A DNA stretch of 64,000 nt from Bacilli bacterium (GTDB lineage: Bacteria > Bacillota_I > Bacilli_A > ML615J-28 > CAG-698), in contig JBMNLZ010000002.1 of assembly GCA_050953065.1 (NCBI GenBank), forward strand, positions 256,001-320,000. The letters are read 5' to 3'. The translations under genes and the position numbers were made by a program. Position 1 is the stretch's first letter, and every line of letters starts with the position of its first letter. This document shows positions 9,495 through 19,987 of this stretch, piece by piece. The notes below the pieces were generated by a model. That model did not search any database. It was not told the origin of the DNA and saw only the letters and a program-made list of their open reading frames with translations.

Positions 9495-11996
9495 ATGGAG
9501 AATATGATGGCAAAAACAAATCCAAAGGTTTCTTTAAAAAAAGAAACTGTTAAAGAAGAACCTAAAACAATAGAAGACAAAGAAGTTATAACTGAAGAAA
9601 TAGAAACAAAAAAGTCTAAGAAAAAAGGTAAAAAAGAGACTTATGTAATTCCAAGATATAACCCTAAAATTACTGAAGGCTTAACAGAAGAACAAATTGC
9701 TGAAAGAATAGAGCATGGAATTTTAAACGTAAGTGCAATTGAACATGGTAAAAGTGTTTTAAGTATTATCATTACTAATATCTTTACATTCTTTAACCTT
9801 TTATATTTTATCATTACAGTTTTATTAATTATGGCAAAAGAATATAAGAACTTACTTTTCTTAGCGATAATAATACCTAATATTATTATTGGTTTAGTTC
9901 AAGAATTAAAAGCCAAAAGTACGATTAAAAAGTTATCGTTAGTATCTTCTCCAACTGCTGTTGTTATAAGAGGTGGAAAAGAAATAGAAATACCAGTTGA
10001 GGAAGTAGTTTTAGATGATATCATTTATTTAAAAAATGGTAAACAAATCTGTGCTGACAGTGTTGTTTTAGATGGTCAAATCGAAGCTAATGAATCTCTT
10101 TTAACTGGTGAATCTGATGCGATTGTTAAGAAAAAAGGAGACCTTTTATTATCAGGAAGTTTTGTAGTATCAGGAGCATGTTATGCAAGAGCTGATAAGG
10201 TTGGTAAAGATAATTACTTAGAAAAACTTTCTAAAGATGCCAAACAATATCGTAAACCGCGAAGTGAATTAATGAGATCTTTGAAAATTACGATTAAAGT
10301 AATTGCGGTTTTAATTATAATTTTGATTTATCCAATGTATCTAACTAATAGTAGTGGTGGAGCTGATTTTTCTAGTATTGTTACTTCTACGGCCGGTTCT
10401 GTAATTGGGATGATTCCAGCTGGACTTTTCCTACTAACAAGTGTTGCTTTAGCAGTAGGTGTTATTAGACTTGCTAAGAATAATACTTTAGTTCAAGAAC
10501 TATATGGTATTGAAATGTTAGCTAGAGTTGATGTGCTTTGTTTAGATAAGACAGGTACTATTACAGATGGTACAATGAGAGTTTGTGATTGTGTTGAAAT
10601 TAAAAACGAAACTGAATATACAGTAAGAGAAATAATCGGTTCGATGATGAATGCCTTTCAAGATAGAAATCCAACATCTGAGGCTTTGATTAAATATTTT
10701 GATATTAATAAGGTTTTAAAAGCAAAAGAAATTGTTCCTTTTTCTTCTCAAAGAAAATACAGTGCAGTTACTTTTGAAAAGAGTAGTACATTTATAATTG
10801 GTGCCCCAGAAATTGTGTTGGTAGATCAATATCCAAGAGTTAGAAATAAAGTAAATAAATTTGCAGCTCAAGGTTGTAGAGTTTTAGTTTTAGCACAAGC
10901 TGGTTCATCTGTTAAAGAAAAGATTCCAAACAATGCTAAAGCAATTGCTTTAATTGTCATTCAAGATCATATTAGAGAAGATGCTATTGATACTATTCAG
11001 TATTTTAAAAATAATGGAGTAGATGTTAAAGTAATTTCTGGTGATAATCCAACAACAGTCTCAGAAATTGCAATGAGAGTTGGAATTTCTGGTGCTGAAA
11101 GATGTATTAGTTTAGATGGTAAATCAGATGAAGAAGTAAAATCTTTAGCACTAGATTATACTGTTTTTGGAAGGGTTGCTCCAAATCAAAAGAAACTTTT
11201 AGTTCAAGCCTTAAAAGAACATAAAAAAACAGTAGCAATGACAGGAGATGGAGTTAATGATATCCTAGCCTTAAAAGAAGCAGATTGCTCAATTGCAATG
11301 GCATCAGGAAGTGAGGCAACTCGTTTAGTATCCCATCTTGTCTTAATGGATTCAAACTTTGCATCTATGCCTAAGGTTGTAAATGAAGGTAGAAGAGTAA
11401 TTAATAACATTGAAAGAACTTCAACTTTATTCTTAGTTAAAACACTATTTTCAATTTTATTAACAATTCTTTATATTGCTCTTTCAAAACCATATCCATT
11501 CCAACCAAAAGATTTAGCGATGGTTGAATATTTCTGTATTGGAATACCTGCTTTCTTCTTATCGCTTCAACCTAATAATGAAAAGGTAAGAGGACGCTTT
11601 ATTTTAAACGTTTTAAGGAATTCAATTCCTGGAGCTTTAACAGTCTTATCATTCCATTTGATTCTTAACTTTATCAATCAAATCTTTAATATTTTGCCAG
11701 CTAGTATGCAAGTTATTCAAATGAGTCCTGATGAATTTAGAGTTATTATAATTTTAGTAACTACTTTTGTAGTAGGTTTAGTTTTATATGAAGTGTGTAA
11801 ACCATATAACTGGTTTAGAAGAATTTTATTCTTAACAATGATTCTTTTCTGCTTTTTATATTTATTAATATTCTCAGGAATAATGAATATACCACTTGAA
11901 CTTTTAAGCCTACAAAGTGTTTTATTAATGATAATAATGGTATTGATTGCTCATCCGATTATGAAAGGGATTAGGTATCTTTTTAATAAAATATAA
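9495..11996 (+). CDS. P-type ATPase (CtpE-like cation-transporting)
   Basis: LTGES, DKTGT, SGD, TGDGVND; multiple TM segments; exact start among three nearby ATGs uncertain. Confidence 0.9.
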   Translation: MENMMAKTNPKVSLKKETVKEEPKTIEDKEVITEEIETKKSKKKGKKETYVIPRYNPKITEGLTEEQIAERIEHGILNVSAIEHGKSVLSIIITNIFTFFNLLYFIITVLLIMAKEYKNLLFLAIIIPNIIIGLVQELKAKSTIKKLSLVSSPTAVVIRGGKEIEIPVEEVVLDDIIYLKNGKQICADSVVLDGQIEANESLLTGESDAIVKKKGDLLLSGSFVVSGACYARADKVGKDNYLEKLSKDAKQYRKPRSELMRSLKITIKVIAVLIIILIYPMYLTNSSGGADFSSIVTSTAGSVIGMIPAGLFLLTSVALAVGVIRLAKNNTLVQELYGIEMLARVDVLCLDKTGTITDGTMRVCDCVEIKNETEYTVREIIGSMMNAFQDRNPTSEALIKYFDINKVLKAKEIVPFSSQRKYSAVTFEKSSTFIIGAPEIVLVDQYPRVRNKVNKFAAQGCRVLVLAQAGSSVKEKIPNNAKAIALIVIQDHIREDAIDTIQYFKNNGVDVKVISGDNPTTVSEIAMRVGISGAERCISLDGKSDEEVKSLALDYTVFGRVAPNQKKLLVQALKEHKKTVAMTGDGVNDILALKEADCSIAMASGSEATRLVSHLVLMDSNFASMPKVVNEGRRVINNIERTSTLFLVKTLFSILLTILYIALSKPYPFQPKDLAMVEYFCIGIPAFFLSLQPNNEKVRGRFILNVLRNSIPGALTVLSFHLILNFINQIFNILPASMQVIQMSPDEFRVIIILVTTFVVGLVLYEVCKPYNWFRRILFLTMILFCFLYLLIFSGIMNIPLELLSLQSVLLMIIMVLIAHPIMKGIRYLFNKI

Positions 11997-12005
11997 ATAA
12001 AAGGT

Positions 12006-12034
12006 TTGCGTTTTATTAGAGAGTGTAGTATAAT
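12006..12034 (+). promoter_or_regulatory. Promoter of rpsF-ssb-rpsR
   Basis: TTGCGT-17 bp-TATAAT. Confidence 0.7.
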
Positions 12035-12053
12035 CCTTAACGGAATAAAAATA

Positions 12054-12100
12054 TCCTTGCTTAAATAAAAAGATTTAAGCCAATATGACCAGAAGGAGGT
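12054..12100 (+). promoter_or_regulatory. Probable S6:S18-binding autoregulatory leader of rpsF
   Basis: TCCTT can pair with the SD (AAGGA), enclosing a GCTTAAAT/ATTTAAGC hairpin, with CCA triplets in the internal loop; position upstream of rpsF. Confidence 0.65.
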
Positions 12101-12107
12101 GGAAAGA

Positions 12108-12416
12108 ATGAAAGAATACTTAGGTATGTACATCATTCGTCCAAAAGATTTAAATGAAGAAATGGTTGAATCAGTAGTTAGTGATATCAACAAAATTTTC
12201 ACTGACAATGGTAGTGAAGTTCTTGAAGTAAATCAATGGGGAATGAAAGATTTTGCATATGTTATTCAACAAGCAGATGAAAATGGTCTTACTAAATATC
12301 ACAGAGGTTATTATGTGAAATTTAGAGTTAAGGCAACTGAAGTTGCTATTAAAGAATTTTCACGTGTATGTAATATCAGAGAAGACATTTTAAGACATAT
12401 CATTGTTAAAGATTAG
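12108..12416 (+). CDS. rpsF: 30S ribosomal protein S6
   Basis: YIIRP, WG.K.FAYVI, GYY, ILRHIIV; ATG 12108 after AAGGAGGT. Confidence 0.95.
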   Translation: MKEYLGMYIIRPKDLNEEMVESVVSDINKIFTDNGSEVLEVNQWGMKDFAYVIQQADENGLTKYHRGYYVKFRVKATEVAIKEFSRVCNIREDILRHIIVKD

Positions 12417-12427
12417 GGAGAAAGAAT

Positions 12428-12886
12428 ATGAATAGAGTAATTTTAACTGGAAGACTAGTAAAAGATCCAGAACTAAAACATACATCAAATAATATTCCTT
12501 ATGTTCAATTTACGATTGCTGTGAATAGACCGTTTGCTGCAAAAGATTCTAACGCGCAACAAGCAGATTTTATCTCTTGTGTTGTTTGGAGACAAGCAGC
12601 TGAAAATTTAGCAAGATATATTAAAAAGGGCGGTTTAATTGGAATAGAAGGAAGAATCCAATCTAGAACTTATGATGATGCTAGTGGAACAAGACAATAT
12701 ACAATGGATGTTGTATGTGATAGTATTGAATTTTTAGAACCAAAGAGTAAGTCTGATTCAAGTGGTGATTATGATTATAGACCACGTTATGAAGAACCAA
12801 AAAGACAAGAACAAAAACAAAGTAAAGATCCATTTGAAAATGTAAAGAGTAACTTTGATATTTCAGATGATGATCTACCATTTTAA
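12428..12886 (+). CDS. ssb: Single-stranded DNA-binding protein
   Basis: NRVILTGRL..DPEL, acidic tail DDDLPF. Confidence 0.98.
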   Translation: MNRVILTGRLVKDPELKHTSNNIPYVQFTIAVNRPFAAKDSNAQQADFISCVVWRQAAENLARYIKKGGLIGIEGRIQSRTYDDASGTRQYTMDVVCDSIEFLEPKSKSDSSGDYDYRPRYEEPKRQEQKQSKDPFENVKSNFDISDDDLPF

Positions 12887-12898
12887 GGAGGAAAAATA

Positions 12899-13123
12899 AT
12901 GGCATATTTTCGTGCGAAACGTAAAAAAACTTGCTATTTTACAGATAATAAAGTTGAAAAAATAGACTTTACTGATTATGAATTGTTAAAAAAATTCATC
13001 TCTGATAGAGGAAAGATTTTACCTCGTAGAGTTACAGGAACTAAAGCTATTTATCAAAGAGAATTAGCTGTTGCAATTAAAAGAGCAAGACATATGGCTT
13101 TATTGCCGTTTGTTAAAGAATAG
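12899..13123 (+). CDS. rpsR: 30S ribosomal protein S18
   Basis: [25 protein letters not shown]. Confidence 0.98.
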   Translation: MAYFRAKRKKTCYFTDNKVEKIDFTDYELLKKFISDRGKILPRRVTGTKAIYQRELAVAIKRARHMALLPFVKE

Positions 13124-13131
13124 TAAATTTA

Positions 13132-13168
13132 AAGCCATATCTATCTGATATGGCTTATATTTTTCTTT
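13132..13168 (+). terminator. Terminator after rpsR
   Basis: AAGCCATATC/GATATGGCTT stem + T-rich tail. Confidence 0.75.
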
Positions 13169-13246
13169 TGATTTAATATAAAATCTTTTACTTTACTAAA
13201 GATTATGATATAATAAATTACGTTAATAAGCTAAGAGGTTTTAATT

Positions 13247-15694
13247 ATGAAACAAAAAAACAGAATATTTTGGGCTTTATTAATCATAATAATTTTAGGA
13301 GTAGCGGTATTTATTTATTCGTTATTTAAGGGTGAGGGCAGTTCTTTAATCTCTTATATTTCAATAAGTATTGCTTTAGTAGCTTCTTTAATTCTTAATA
13401 TTACTAATTTCAATTTGAAAAGTCAGAAGAAATTAGAATGGCTAGAAAAAAGAATGGGTTTATGGAATTCCATTTCTTTTCGTGTTCAAAAAGCAGGTGA
13501 GGTTTCATTTAATGAAATTCCGATTGCAATTTTGATTTTTGATAATGATTTTATTATTCAATGGGTTAATAAGTTTGCTAAAGAAATTTTTATGAGTCCC
13601 TTATTAGAAAGAGATATTGAAAACATTAATAAAGAATTAGCTGAAAAGTTAACTAATAAAATTAATGCTTTTGAAATAACTGTATATGGAAGAATTTTTC
13701 ATTGTAGAGTTTTATACGAATTTAATATTATTTACATGACTGATGTTACAGAAAAAATGGTTATTCAAAAACAATACGAAGAAAGAATTCTAGCACTTGG
13801 AATGATTAACTTAGATAATTTAGATGAAGCGTTTGTTTCTTTTGATACAAAAAGTAAAGCATTACACCTTAGTAATATGATTGGGCTTTTAGAAGAGTGG
13901 GCTAATAAATATGATTTTTATATTAAGGGTTATAGTGAAGAACGCTTTTTGATGGTTTTAGATAATTCTCAACTTCAAGAAATCAAAAAAAGTAAATTAG
14001 ATATTTTATCTAGTTTAAAAGAATATTGTATAAAATATAATATTAGAGTCAGTGCTAGTATTGGTATAGCGTGTAAGGATATTGATTCAAGTTCTCTTGC
14101 TGATTTAGCATTAGAACAATTAAATCTAGCAATCTCACGTGGTGGAGATCAAGCAGCGATTTTAGAAAATGATGAAGTAAAATATTATGGTGCTTTAATT
14201 GAAGGCTTTGAAACAATCACGCCACCTTATATTAGAATGAAAGCAGAAGAGTTAAAAGACTTGATGCTTGAAGCATCAAATGTTGTAATTCTTTCTCATA
14301 CTAATATGGATGTAGATGCTTTTGCATCATCCTTAGCAGTTCAAAAGATTGCAATGTCTTTAAATAAACCTTCAAAAATAGTTTTTGAAGAAAATTTAGT
14401 TGATGATACTGTTAAGAATATTTATGAGAATATAAAGCTTTCACATATTAATATTTTTAATTATTTAGTTTCAAGAAAAGAAGCTTTAGCATTAATGGAT
14501 ACATCAACTCTTTTAGTAATAGTTGATTGTCAATATGAGAATATTTTAATGGATGCTAAAGTATATAAAAAAGCTCATAAGATTGCGATAATTGATCATC
14601 ACAGAAGAAATACAAATGCTATTGATAATCAAATATATTCATATATTCAAACATCATCATCATCAAGTGTGGAACTTGTTATTGAGATGATTGGTTTCTT
14701 AGATCCAAGTAAAATTGAGATTTCTCCAATTGAGGCTACTTGGATGCTAATGGGAATTGTCATTGATACTAATTCGTTTACTTATAGAACTTCTCATAGA
14801 ACATTTAATGTACTTGCTACATTAAATAAAATGGGTGCTGATATGGTACTTGCTAAGAGATACTTAAGAGAAGAATATGAATACTTTACTAAAAAAACTG
14901 CATTAATAAAAGATGCATCAATTGTTGCTGATGAGTTTGTTGTAGCAGTTGGAGAAGATGAAATTTACCAACGTAATTTTCTAGCAAAAGTTGCTGATGA
15001 TTTAATAGATATTGATAAGATAAAAGCAGCTTTTTGTATTGGAAAGATTAGTGCTACTGAAATTGGAATAAGTGCCAGAAGCTTAGAAGAATTTAATGTT
15101 CAAGTCTTTATGGAAGAATTAGGTGGTGGTGGGCATTATAATAATGCTGCTGCGCAATTATCTAATTATACGTTAGAAGAAGTTAAAGAATTGTTAATTA
15201 AAAAATTATCTAAAATTAAGGAAGAAGGTAAAAATAGTATGAAGATAATTCTTACAAAAGATGTAAAAGGAAAAGGAAAAGCTAATGATATCATTAATGT
15301 TCCAACTGGACATGCCAATTTCTTAATTAAAAACAATCAAGCAATTGAGGCTACAGTTGATAATATTAAACAATTAGAGTTAAGAAATTTAGAAAACAAA
15401 ATGGCCGAACAAAAACATCTTGAAGAAATGCAAGAGTTAAAAAAACAACTTGAAACTTTAAGTATTAAAGTTGCAGTTAGAGTTGGTCAAAACGGTAAAC
15501 TATTTGGAAGTATTACAAACAAACAAATTGTAGAAGAATTTAAAAAACAACATAATATTGAACTTGAAAAAAGAAAAGTTTTATATGATAAAGATATTGA
15601 ATCTTTAGGAACTTACTCAATTCCAATTCAGCTTCATAAAGATGTACTAGCTAATATTAAAGTTCATGTAGTGGAGATGACGAAAAATGAATGA
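13247..15694 (+). CDS. gdpP-rplI: Fused GdpP-type c-di-AMP phosphodiesterase (TM-PAS-degenerate GGDEF-DHH/DHHA1) / ribosomal protein L9
   Basis: Two N-terminal TMs, RGGDQA, IIDHH, GGGGH; from 15239 [14 protein letters not shown]...GKLFGSIT (L9) in the same frame. Confidence 0.93.
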   Translation: MKQKNRIFWALLIIIILGVAVFIYSLFKGEGSSLISYISISIALVASLILNITNFNLKSQKKLEWLEKRMGLWNSISFRVQKAGEVSFNEIPIAILIFDNDFIIQWVNKFAKEIFMSPLLERDIENINKELAEKLTNKINAFEITVYGRIFHCRVLYEFNIIYMTDVTEKMVIQKQYEERILALGMINLDNLDEAFVSFDTKSKALHLSNMIGLLEEWANKYDFYIKGYSEERFLMVLDNSQLQEIKKSKLDILSSLKEYCIKYNIRVSASIGIACKDIDSSSLADLALEQLNLAISRGGDQAAILENDEVKYYGALIEGFETITPPYIRMKAEELKDLMLEASNVVILSHTNMDVDAFASSLAVQKIAMSLNKPSKIVFEENLVDDTVKNIYENIKLSHINIFNYLVSRKEALALMDTSTLLVIVDCQYENILMDAKVYKKAHKIAIIDHHRRNTNAIDNQIYSYIQTSSSSSVELVIEMIGFLDPSKIEISPIEATWMLMGIVIDTNSFTYRTSHRTFNVLATLNKMGADMVLAKRYLREEYEYFTKKTALIKDASIVADEFVVAVGEDEIYQRNFLAKVADDLIDIDKIKAAFCIGKISATEIGISARSLEEFNVQVFMEELGGGGHYNNAAAQLSNYTLEEVKELLIKKLSKIKEEGKNSMKIILTKDVKGKGKANDIINVPTGHANFLIKNNQAIEATVDNIKQLELRNLENKMAEQKHLEEMQELKKQLETLSIKVAVRVGQNGKLFGSITNKQIVEEFKKQHNIELEKRKVLYDKDIESLGTYSIPIQLHKDVLANIKVHVVEMTKNE

Positions 15695-17018
15695 TAAAAT
15701 AAATTCCCCTTTTAATACCCAAGCAGAAATGTTTTTATTAGGCAGTGCTTTACTTGATGAAAAAACAGCAGGTGAGGTACTGGCTTCTTTAAAATTAGAA
15801 GAGTTTTTTGATGTTAAACATAAAAACATTTTTAAAGCAATGGAGTCTGTTATTAATCGAAATGAAAAAATTGATCATAATAGCATTGCTGAAGAATTAT
15901 CTAGATTGGGTTTGTTGATTGAAACAGGTGGTGAGGAATATCTATTAACCTTAATAGATATGGCACCTTCTTATATTGTTTCTGAAAGTTACATTGAATC
16001 AATTAAAGAAAAAGCTTTAGCAAGAAGACTTTTAGAAGTAACAAAGAAAATTTCAGATGATGTTAAAACAGGACCTAAGCCAATTAAAGAAATTTTAGAA
16101 GATTCACTAACTGCAGTTAGTGAAGTTGTTGCTCATAGAAAAACTACAAACTTTGTTGAAGTTGGAACTGTTGCTGATGAGGTTTTGGAAAAAATTGAAA
16201 ATTTAAGAAAAAACAAAGAAGAACTTACTGGAATTGATACAGGCTTTACTAAACTAAATGATCTAACAAATGGCTTTCAAAATGGTGAGTTAATCATCCT
16301 TGCTGCAAGACCTTCTTTAGGTAAATCAACGATGGCTTTAAATATCGCAACTCATGTTTGTAAAGCAACTTCTAAAGCAGTAGCTTTTTTCTCGCTTGAA
16401 ATGGGAAATCAACAACTTGTAATGAGAATTCTAAGTAATGTTTCATCAGTTAAATTAAATGATATTAAGAAGGGTAAATTAACAGATGAAGAAATAGCTT
16501 CAGTTTATTATGCTAAAAACCAAATTTCAAAATATAATTTATATTTATATGATTCATATTTTACTGATATTCAAGATATACGTCTTAGTTGCCAAAAGTT
16601 AAAACGTGATGGTAAATTAGATTTACTAATTATTGACTATATGCAATTAATTACAGCTGATGGAAAAAACAGATATGAACAAGTAAGTAAGATTTCTAGA
16701 ATGTTAAAAGTTTTAGCTAGAGAATTAGATATCCCAGTAATTGCTTTATCTCAATTATCAAGAGAAATTGAAAAACGTGATAAAGAGAATCGTTTACCGA
16801 TGTTAGCGGACTTAAGAGAATCAGGAAGTATTGAACAAGATGCTGATATCGTAATGTTTTTACATAAAAAAGCTCTACCTAAAACAGATGATGAAACAGT
16901 AAAAAGACTTAATTCAAGAATTGAATTATTAATACTTAAAAACAGACAAGGACCAACAGGAGAAGTACCTTTAATCTTTAAAGGTAATACTTGTTCATTT
17001 AGTCAATACGAAGGATAA
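15687..17018 (+). CDS. dnaB: Replicative DNA helicase
   Basis: [41 protein letters not shown]. Confidence 0.97.
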   Translation: MNDKINSPFNTQAEMFLLGSALLDEKTAGEVLASLKLEEFFDVKHKNIFKAMESVINRNEKIDHNSIAEELSRLGLLIETGGEEYLLTLIDMAPSYIVSESYIESIKEKALARRLLEVTKKISDDVKTGPKPIKEILEDSLTAVSEVVAHRKTTNFVEVGTVADEVLEKIENLRKNKEELTGIDTGFTKLNDLTNGFQNGELIILAARPSLGKSTMALNIATHVCKATSKAVAFFSLEMGNQQLVMRILSNVSSVKLNDIKKGKLTDEEIASVYYAKNQISKYNLYLYDSYFTDIQDIRLSCQKLKRDGKLDLLIIDYMQLITADGKNRYEQVSKISRMLKVLARELDIPVIALSQLSREIEKRDKENRLPMLADLRESGSIEQDADIVMFLHKKALPKTDDETVKRLNSRIELLILKNRQGPTGEVPLIFKGNTCSFSQYEG

Positions 17019-17022
17019 AAAA

Positions 17023-18084
17023 ATGATTGCTAGACTTAATGCCATTGAAGAAAAATATAATCAAATAAACAAAGAATTAACATTGCCAGATGTTGTAAGT
17101 GATGTTAGTAAAATGACTGCACTTTTAAAAGAAGTAAAATCTTTAGAAAAAACTGTCATAACATATCAAAAGTATAAAAAAGTACTTAATGAAATTGAAG
17201 GATTAAATGAATTATTAGATGATCCTGAAATGGAAGAAATGGCTTCTTTAGAGTTAGAAGAAAAACGTTTAGAACAAGAAAACTTAGAAGAAGAATTAGA
17301 GATACTTTTAATTCCAAAAGATCCAAATGATGATAAGAACGTTATTGTTGAAATAAGAGGTGCAGCTGGTGGAGATGAGGCTAACCTTTTTGCCGGGGAC
17401 TTATTTAGAATGTATTGTAAGTATGCTGAAGGTAGAGATTGGAAAATTGAAGTTTCAACTGCTCTAGAAACTGGACTTGGAGGTTTCTCTCAAATCGAGT
17501 TTATGATTAAAGGAGATAGTGTTTATTCTTTTTTAAAGTATGAATCAGGAGCACATAGAGTTCAAAGAATACCTCAAACTGAATCTCAAGGAAGAATTCA
17601 TACTTCAACTGCTACAGTTTTAGTAATGCCTGAGGCTGACTCAATAGATTTTGAACTTGATTTAAATGAAGTAAGAATTGATATATTTTGTTCTTCTGGT
17701 CCTGGTGGACAAAGTGTTAACACTACAAAGTCTGCTGTTAGAGTAACGCACATTCCAACGGGAACCATGGCCCAATGTCAAGATGCTAAAAGTCAACATG
17801 AAAATAAAGCGAACGCTTTAAAAATCTTACAAGCTCGTTTGTTTGATAAACTAAATCAAGAAAGAGAAGAAAAGTTAGGTCAAGAAAGATTATCTAAGAT
17901 AGGTCATGGGGATAGGAGTGAAAAGATTAGAACATATAATTATCCTCAAAATAGAGTAACAGATCATCGTATAGGATTTACTATCCAACAATTAGATAGA
18001 GTTATGGAAGGAAAATTAGAACCGATTATAGAAGCCTTAATCGCAGAGGATCAAAAACTAAAATTACAAGGGAAAAAAGAATAG
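17023..18084 (+). CDS. prfA: Peptide chain release factor 1
   Basis: GGQ motif, PQT (PxT), RTYNYPQNRVTDHRI. Confidence 0.98.
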   Translation: MIARLNAIEEKYNQINKELTLPDVVSDVSKMTALLKEVKSLEKTVITYQKYKKVLNEIEGLNELLDDPEMEEMASLELEEKRLEQENLEEELEILLIPKDPNDDKNVIVEIRGAAGGDEANLFAGDLFRMYCKYAEGRDWKIEVSTALETGLGGFSQIEFMIKGDSVYSFLKYESGAHRVQRIPQTESQGRIHTSTATVLVMPEADSIDFELDLNEVRIDIFCSSGPGGQSVNTTKSAVRVTHIPTGTMAQCQDAKSQHENKANALKILQARLFDKLNQEREEKLGQERLSKIGHGDRSEKIRTYNYPQNRVTDHRIGFTIQQLDRVMEGKLEPIIEALIAEDQKLKLQGKKE

Positions 18085-18118
18085 GTTAAAAAATGCCTAT
18101 TCTTTTTAAAAAGTTTAT

Positions 18119-19135
18119 ATGGAAAAAGTAAAAACAGAAATTAATTTAAATAACTTAGTAGAAAATGCTTTAAAAATAAAAAGCATTAGTAAAAAAGATT
18201 TAATTGCTGTAGTAAAAAGCAATGCTTATGGTTTTGGTTGTTTTGAAGTAGTGGATGCCTTAAGAAAAGCAGGTGTTAATTATTTCGCAGTTTTAGATTT
18301 TAAAGAAGCTAAAACTTTATTAGAAAAAGAAATAGAAGAAAACATTCTTTTACTTAATAGTATCGATGAAGAAGATTATTATGAAATAAAAAAACATAAT
18401 AATATTGTTTTAAGTGTTAATAATCTTAACGATGCAATTCTTTTAAACAAGATAATTGAAAGTAAAAGAAGAGTCCACATTCAAATAGACACTGGAATGA
18501 GGCGGCTTGGTGCTAAAACAAAAGTTGAATTTAATGAGATTAAAGAAATTTTACTTAAGAATCCTTTTATTGAAATAGAAGGAGTCTATACTCATTTTTG
18601 CGGGGTAGAAAGTGCCACTAAACAACTTGAAAGATTTAAAAACATACTAAAAAAAGATAATTATAAAATGATTCATTGTGCTGCTTCTTGTACAATGGAT
18701 AAAATTGATTTTGGAAATTATGTAAGAGTAGGTCTAGCATTATATGGAGCGCTTAGTGGAATGAAAAACATTATAACAGTTAAAGTAAAACCTCTTACCA
18801 TAAATTCTTTAGAAAAAAATACAACGCTTGGTTATTTAGAAGCATATAAAACTTCTAAAAAAGAAAGAATTGCTGTTTTACCAGTAGGATATGCTGATGG
18901 ATTTTTTCAAGCTTTTCAAAATTTAGAAGTTTATGTAGGAGAAAAGAGTTTTAATGTAGTTGGCAGGATTTGTATGAATCATATTTATGTAAGAGTAGAT
19001 GATGATATAACTCTTGATTCAGAGTTTGTTTTAATTTCAGAAAAAAATCCAATTTATAAATTAAGCCAGATTCATAAGATTAGTCCATATGAAATATGTA
19101 CTGGGCTTAATATGAAAAAAACATATAAGTGGTAA
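18119..19135 (+). CDS. alr: Alanine racemase family PLP enzyme
   Basis: AVVKSNAYG, DTGMRRLG, YTHF, PVGYADG, GRICMN. Confidence 0.88.
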   Translation: MEKVKTEINLNNLVENALKIKSISKKDLIAVVKSNAYGFGCFEVVDALRKAGVNYFAVLDFKEAKTLLEKEIEENILLLNSIDEEDYYEIKKHNNIVLSVNNLNDAILLNKIIESKRRVHIQIDTGMRRLGAKTKVEFNEIKEILLKNPFIEIEGVYTHFCGVESATKQLERFKNILKKDNYKMIHCAASCTMDKIDFGNYVRVGLALYGALSGMKNIITVKVKPLTINSLEKNTTLGYLEAYKTSKKERIAVLPVGYADGFFQAFQNLEVYVGEKSFNVVGRICMNHIYVRVDDDITLDSEFVLISEKNPIYKLSQIHKISPYEICTGLNMKKTYKW

Positions 19136-19138
19136 AAT

Positions 19139-19987
19139 ATGAAATATTTTGAATTATTGGATCAACTAAAAAAAGAAGCAGAAAAAAAATCTTTAGAAAA
19201 AGAAGCGATAAAAATTCTTTTTATCGAAACTAATTTTAAAAGTAAAGAAGCATATTATTTAAATAGTAATAATGAAATGCCTAAAGTTAATCTTAATAAA
19301 ACTCTTAAACTAAGTAAACTATATTTAGAAAGACAGATTCCAATTCAATATATTCTAGGTTATACATACTTTTTAGGAGATAAAATTTTAACTAAAAAAG
19401 GTGTTTTAATTCCAAGGTTTGAAACTGAAGAAGTAGTTTTAAAAGCACTTGAAGTAATAAAAACAAATTTTAAAGAAGATTTAAGAATCATTGATATTGG
19501 GACTGGAAGTGGAGCTATTGCTATTGCCTTAAAAAATAGATTAAATTCTTCTTTAGTTGAAGCGGTTGATATAAATAGGAATGCTCTAAATTTAACTAAA
19601 AAGAATGCTTTATTAAATAAAGTTGATATAAAGGTTTATAGGAGTAATTTACTAAAAGATGTTAAAGGAAAACTAGATGTAATTATCTCTAATCCACCTT
19701 ATATTTCAAAAGATGAATATGTTGAAACAATCGTTTTAAAAAACGAACCAGCTAGTGCTTTGTTTGCTAAAAAAAACGGACTTTATTATTATGAGAAGAT
19801 TTTAGAAGAAGCTCGTTTTAAAGTAAATAAAAAGTTTGCAATTATATTTGAAATATCATATAATAAAAAAGGTTTTATGGAAGAGTTAGCTAAAAAGTAT
19901 TTTCCAACCAGCCAAGTAGAATTTTTTAAAGACATAAACCAAAACGATAGGATTATGGTTATAAAGGAGACTGATTTTAATGATTAA
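19139..19987 (+). CDS. prmC: Release factor glutamine methyltransferase
   Basis: PIQYILG, VLIPRFETE, DIGTGSG, SNPPY. Confidence 0.96.
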   Translation: MKYFELLDQLKKEAEKKSLEKEAIKILFIETNFKSKEAYYLNSNNEMPKVNLNKTLKLSKLYLERQIPIQYILGYTYFLGDKILTKKGVLIPRFETEEVVLKALEVIKTNFKEDLRIIDIGTGSGAIAIALKNRLNSSLVEAVDINRNALNLTKKNALLNKVDIKVYRSNLLKDVKGKLDVIISNPPYISKDEYVETIVLKNEPASALFAKKNGLYYYEKILEEARFKVNKKFAIIFEISYNKKGFMEELAKKYFPTSQVEFFKDINQNDRIMVIKETDFND

